A stretch of 64,000 nt of DNA from Takakia lepidozioides (Eukaryota; Plantae; Bryophyta). A program made the position numbers and the translations under genes. The notes under the pieces were generated by a model. That model did not search any database and had not been told where the DNA came from. It saw only the letters and a program-made list of their open reading frames with translations. Of the stretch, positions 62,108 to 64,000 are shown one piece after another. The stretch spans positions 74,586,001-74,650,000 of the forward strand of contig CM060733.1 of NCBI GenBank assembly GCA_030704615.1, given 5' to 3'. Each line of letters begins with the position of its first letter. The first letter of the stretch is position 1.

Positions 62108-63458
62108 ATGGACAGCGCCGCGCTTGATGATATCATAGCGCGGCTGCTGGATGTGCGAAGCGGGAGGCCAGGAAAGCAGGTGCAGCTGTCTGAGGCTGAG
62201 ATCCGGCAGCTTTGCCTTGCTTCCAAAGACATTTTCTTGTCACAGCCTAATCTCCTTGAGCTTGAAGCCCCTATTAAAATATGTGGTACGTTCCCCTCTT
62301 CTGATTTCCTATTGTTCATTTGAACTTAGGGCTTCTTTGGTGCTGCATGGGACAGTCTTGTATTGTTATGAGTAGGTTAGGGTTTCCGAATGTTTGGCTG
62401 GAAGGTAGCTTAAGTGATAAGTTCCATCTATGTTTAGTGTGAGGATCATGGAACAAAACGGTTTTCGGGTGTGGTGGGGCTTTGAGGATGCAGGTGACAT
62501 CCATGGACAGTATTCAGACCTGTTGAGACTGTTTGAGTATGGTGGTTTCCCACCAGAGGCCAATTACTTGTTTTTAGGGGACTATGTGGACCGTGGCAAA
62601 CAGAGTCTAGAAACCATTTGCCTTCTTCTGGCATACAAGATCAAGTACCCAGAAAACTTCTTTTTGTTGAGGGGCAACCATGAGTGTGCATCTATCAACC
62701 GAATATATGGCTTCTATGACGAATGTAAACGTCGATTCAACGTTCGATTGTGGAAGACATTCACAGATTGTTTCAACTGCTTGCCAGTGGCTGCGCTGAT
62801 TGATGAGAAGATTTTATGCATGCATGGAGGGCTTTCTCCTGACCTGAAGAACTTGGACCAGATCAAGAAGATTCCTCGGCCAACAGATGTTCCCGATGCA
62901 GGCCTGCTGTGTGATCTACTGTGGGCAGACCCGGACAAAGATGTACATGGTTGGGGTGAGAATGACCGAGGGGTGTCCTGGACCTTTGGCCCTGACACAG
63001 TGTCGGAGTTTCTTCAAAAGCACGACCTGGATCTTATCTGCCGGGCTCATCAGGTCACTACTGTCCATATTAACTCCAAAAATTTGTGCGACTGCTATTT
63101 TGGTCATTTAGTTATGGGTGATCTAAAAATCCCATTTAAGGGCCCTACTTGTGTAGGTTTGCATGGATGGCAGTTGGCTATGCTAGGGAGTGTTTGCCTG
63201 TGTGACAAATGATGGGCATTTGTGCAGGTGGTGGAAGATGGTTATGAGTTCTTTGCCAAGCGCCAGCTCGTCACAATATTCTCTGCCCCAAACTACTGTG
63301 GTGAATTTGACAATGCGGGTGCCATGATGAGTGTGGATGACACCCTCATGTGTTCATTTCAAATTCTAAAACCCGCCGAGAAAAAGCAAAAATTTCCCAC
63401 TTATGCCAACACCAATTCAGCAAGACCAGGCACCCCGCCACGTACTGTTAAGGTTTGA
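62108..63458 (+). CDS. PP1: Serine/threonine protein phosphatase 1 catalytic subunit (TOPP-like); exons 62108-62285, 62494-63053, 63228-63458 (~322 aa; a further 3' exon via GT at 63453 is possible)
   Basis: [14 protein letters not shown]...[56 protein letters not shown] and [11 protein letters not shown]. Canonical GT-AG introns keep the frame (178+560+231 nt). Confidence 0.97.
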
Positions 63459-64000
63459 GCTGGACTTCACTACTCTGTTCCTGCTCTAAGAGGGCCTATC
63501 TTGTTCCTGGTGGCAGTAGTAGCAAGCATTCTGTGGTGGGAGACAGGTCTTGTGGGTCAAGATATTTAGTGTAGCAGTTGTTTGTCACCATTTATTTGGT
63601 GCCTGCACATGCATGCATTGGTAAATAAATGTTCATCACTGAGACCCTTCTCTGGAAAGGGGTCCTGGGCTGTTCCTGAAATTCCGGTTGAGTTCTTGTG
63701 CACTTCTTGGCAAGCAGGTTGTTTCCAGTGTTTATGATGTTTTAAAATGCAGTACATGTTTGAGGTCAGTAAGAAGGGGTGCTATCAAGCCAAGGCATTG
63801 ACATTCAAGTTGTCCAAAATTCAATACAGGGGACCTCAGTCCATGGTTGTGGCAGCTATGTGGACCCAGGCCCAGTGTTCTTTAGTAGAATCACATTTCT
63901 TGATGTCGGTTGCTTGAAAAAATGAATCTGAATTACGAGTAAAAGACGCCCGATCATTTGTGGTTGGAAGTTGACATCATCAATCATGTCTTAACATTTG

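Overview
Eukaryotic genomic DNA, probably from a non-seed land plant (inferred from a plant-type PP1 gene, PLS-class PPR fragments and OSB/PDF-motif fragments). Positions 1 to about 50,250 are a deep nest of transposable elements. The only clearly intact host gene is a 3-exon serine/threonine protein phosphatase 1 catalytic subunit at 62108-63458. The main discovery is a full-length 11,009-bp Mutator-like (MULE) element at 20017-31025. It has a 9-bp target-site duplication (AAAGGAAAC), and its empty site is preserved in an inverted duplicate at about 1969-1990. It encodes a GCM-like/DDE/SWIM transposase and, divergently, an intron-containing gene fusing a ParB/Srx-like domain (VWDGNHRL) to a beta-class N6-adenine/N4-cytosine methyltransferase-like domain. 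An array of perfect palindromes lies between the two genes. Three divergent paralogues of this cargo gene occur in the window, and the two that can be compared share intron positions. Separately, a Ty3/Gypsy retrotransposon (minus strand, 3181 to about 13060) carries a C5-cytosine methyltransferase domain between its protease and reverse transcriptase. The window also holds a second MULE family with long GGCGCC-centred palindromic arrays, CACTA, chromovirus and other Gypsy fragments, and PPR/OSB gene debris. All TE reading frames seen here are damaged by stops, frameshifts or deletions. All domain calls come from manual motif reading, not database searches.
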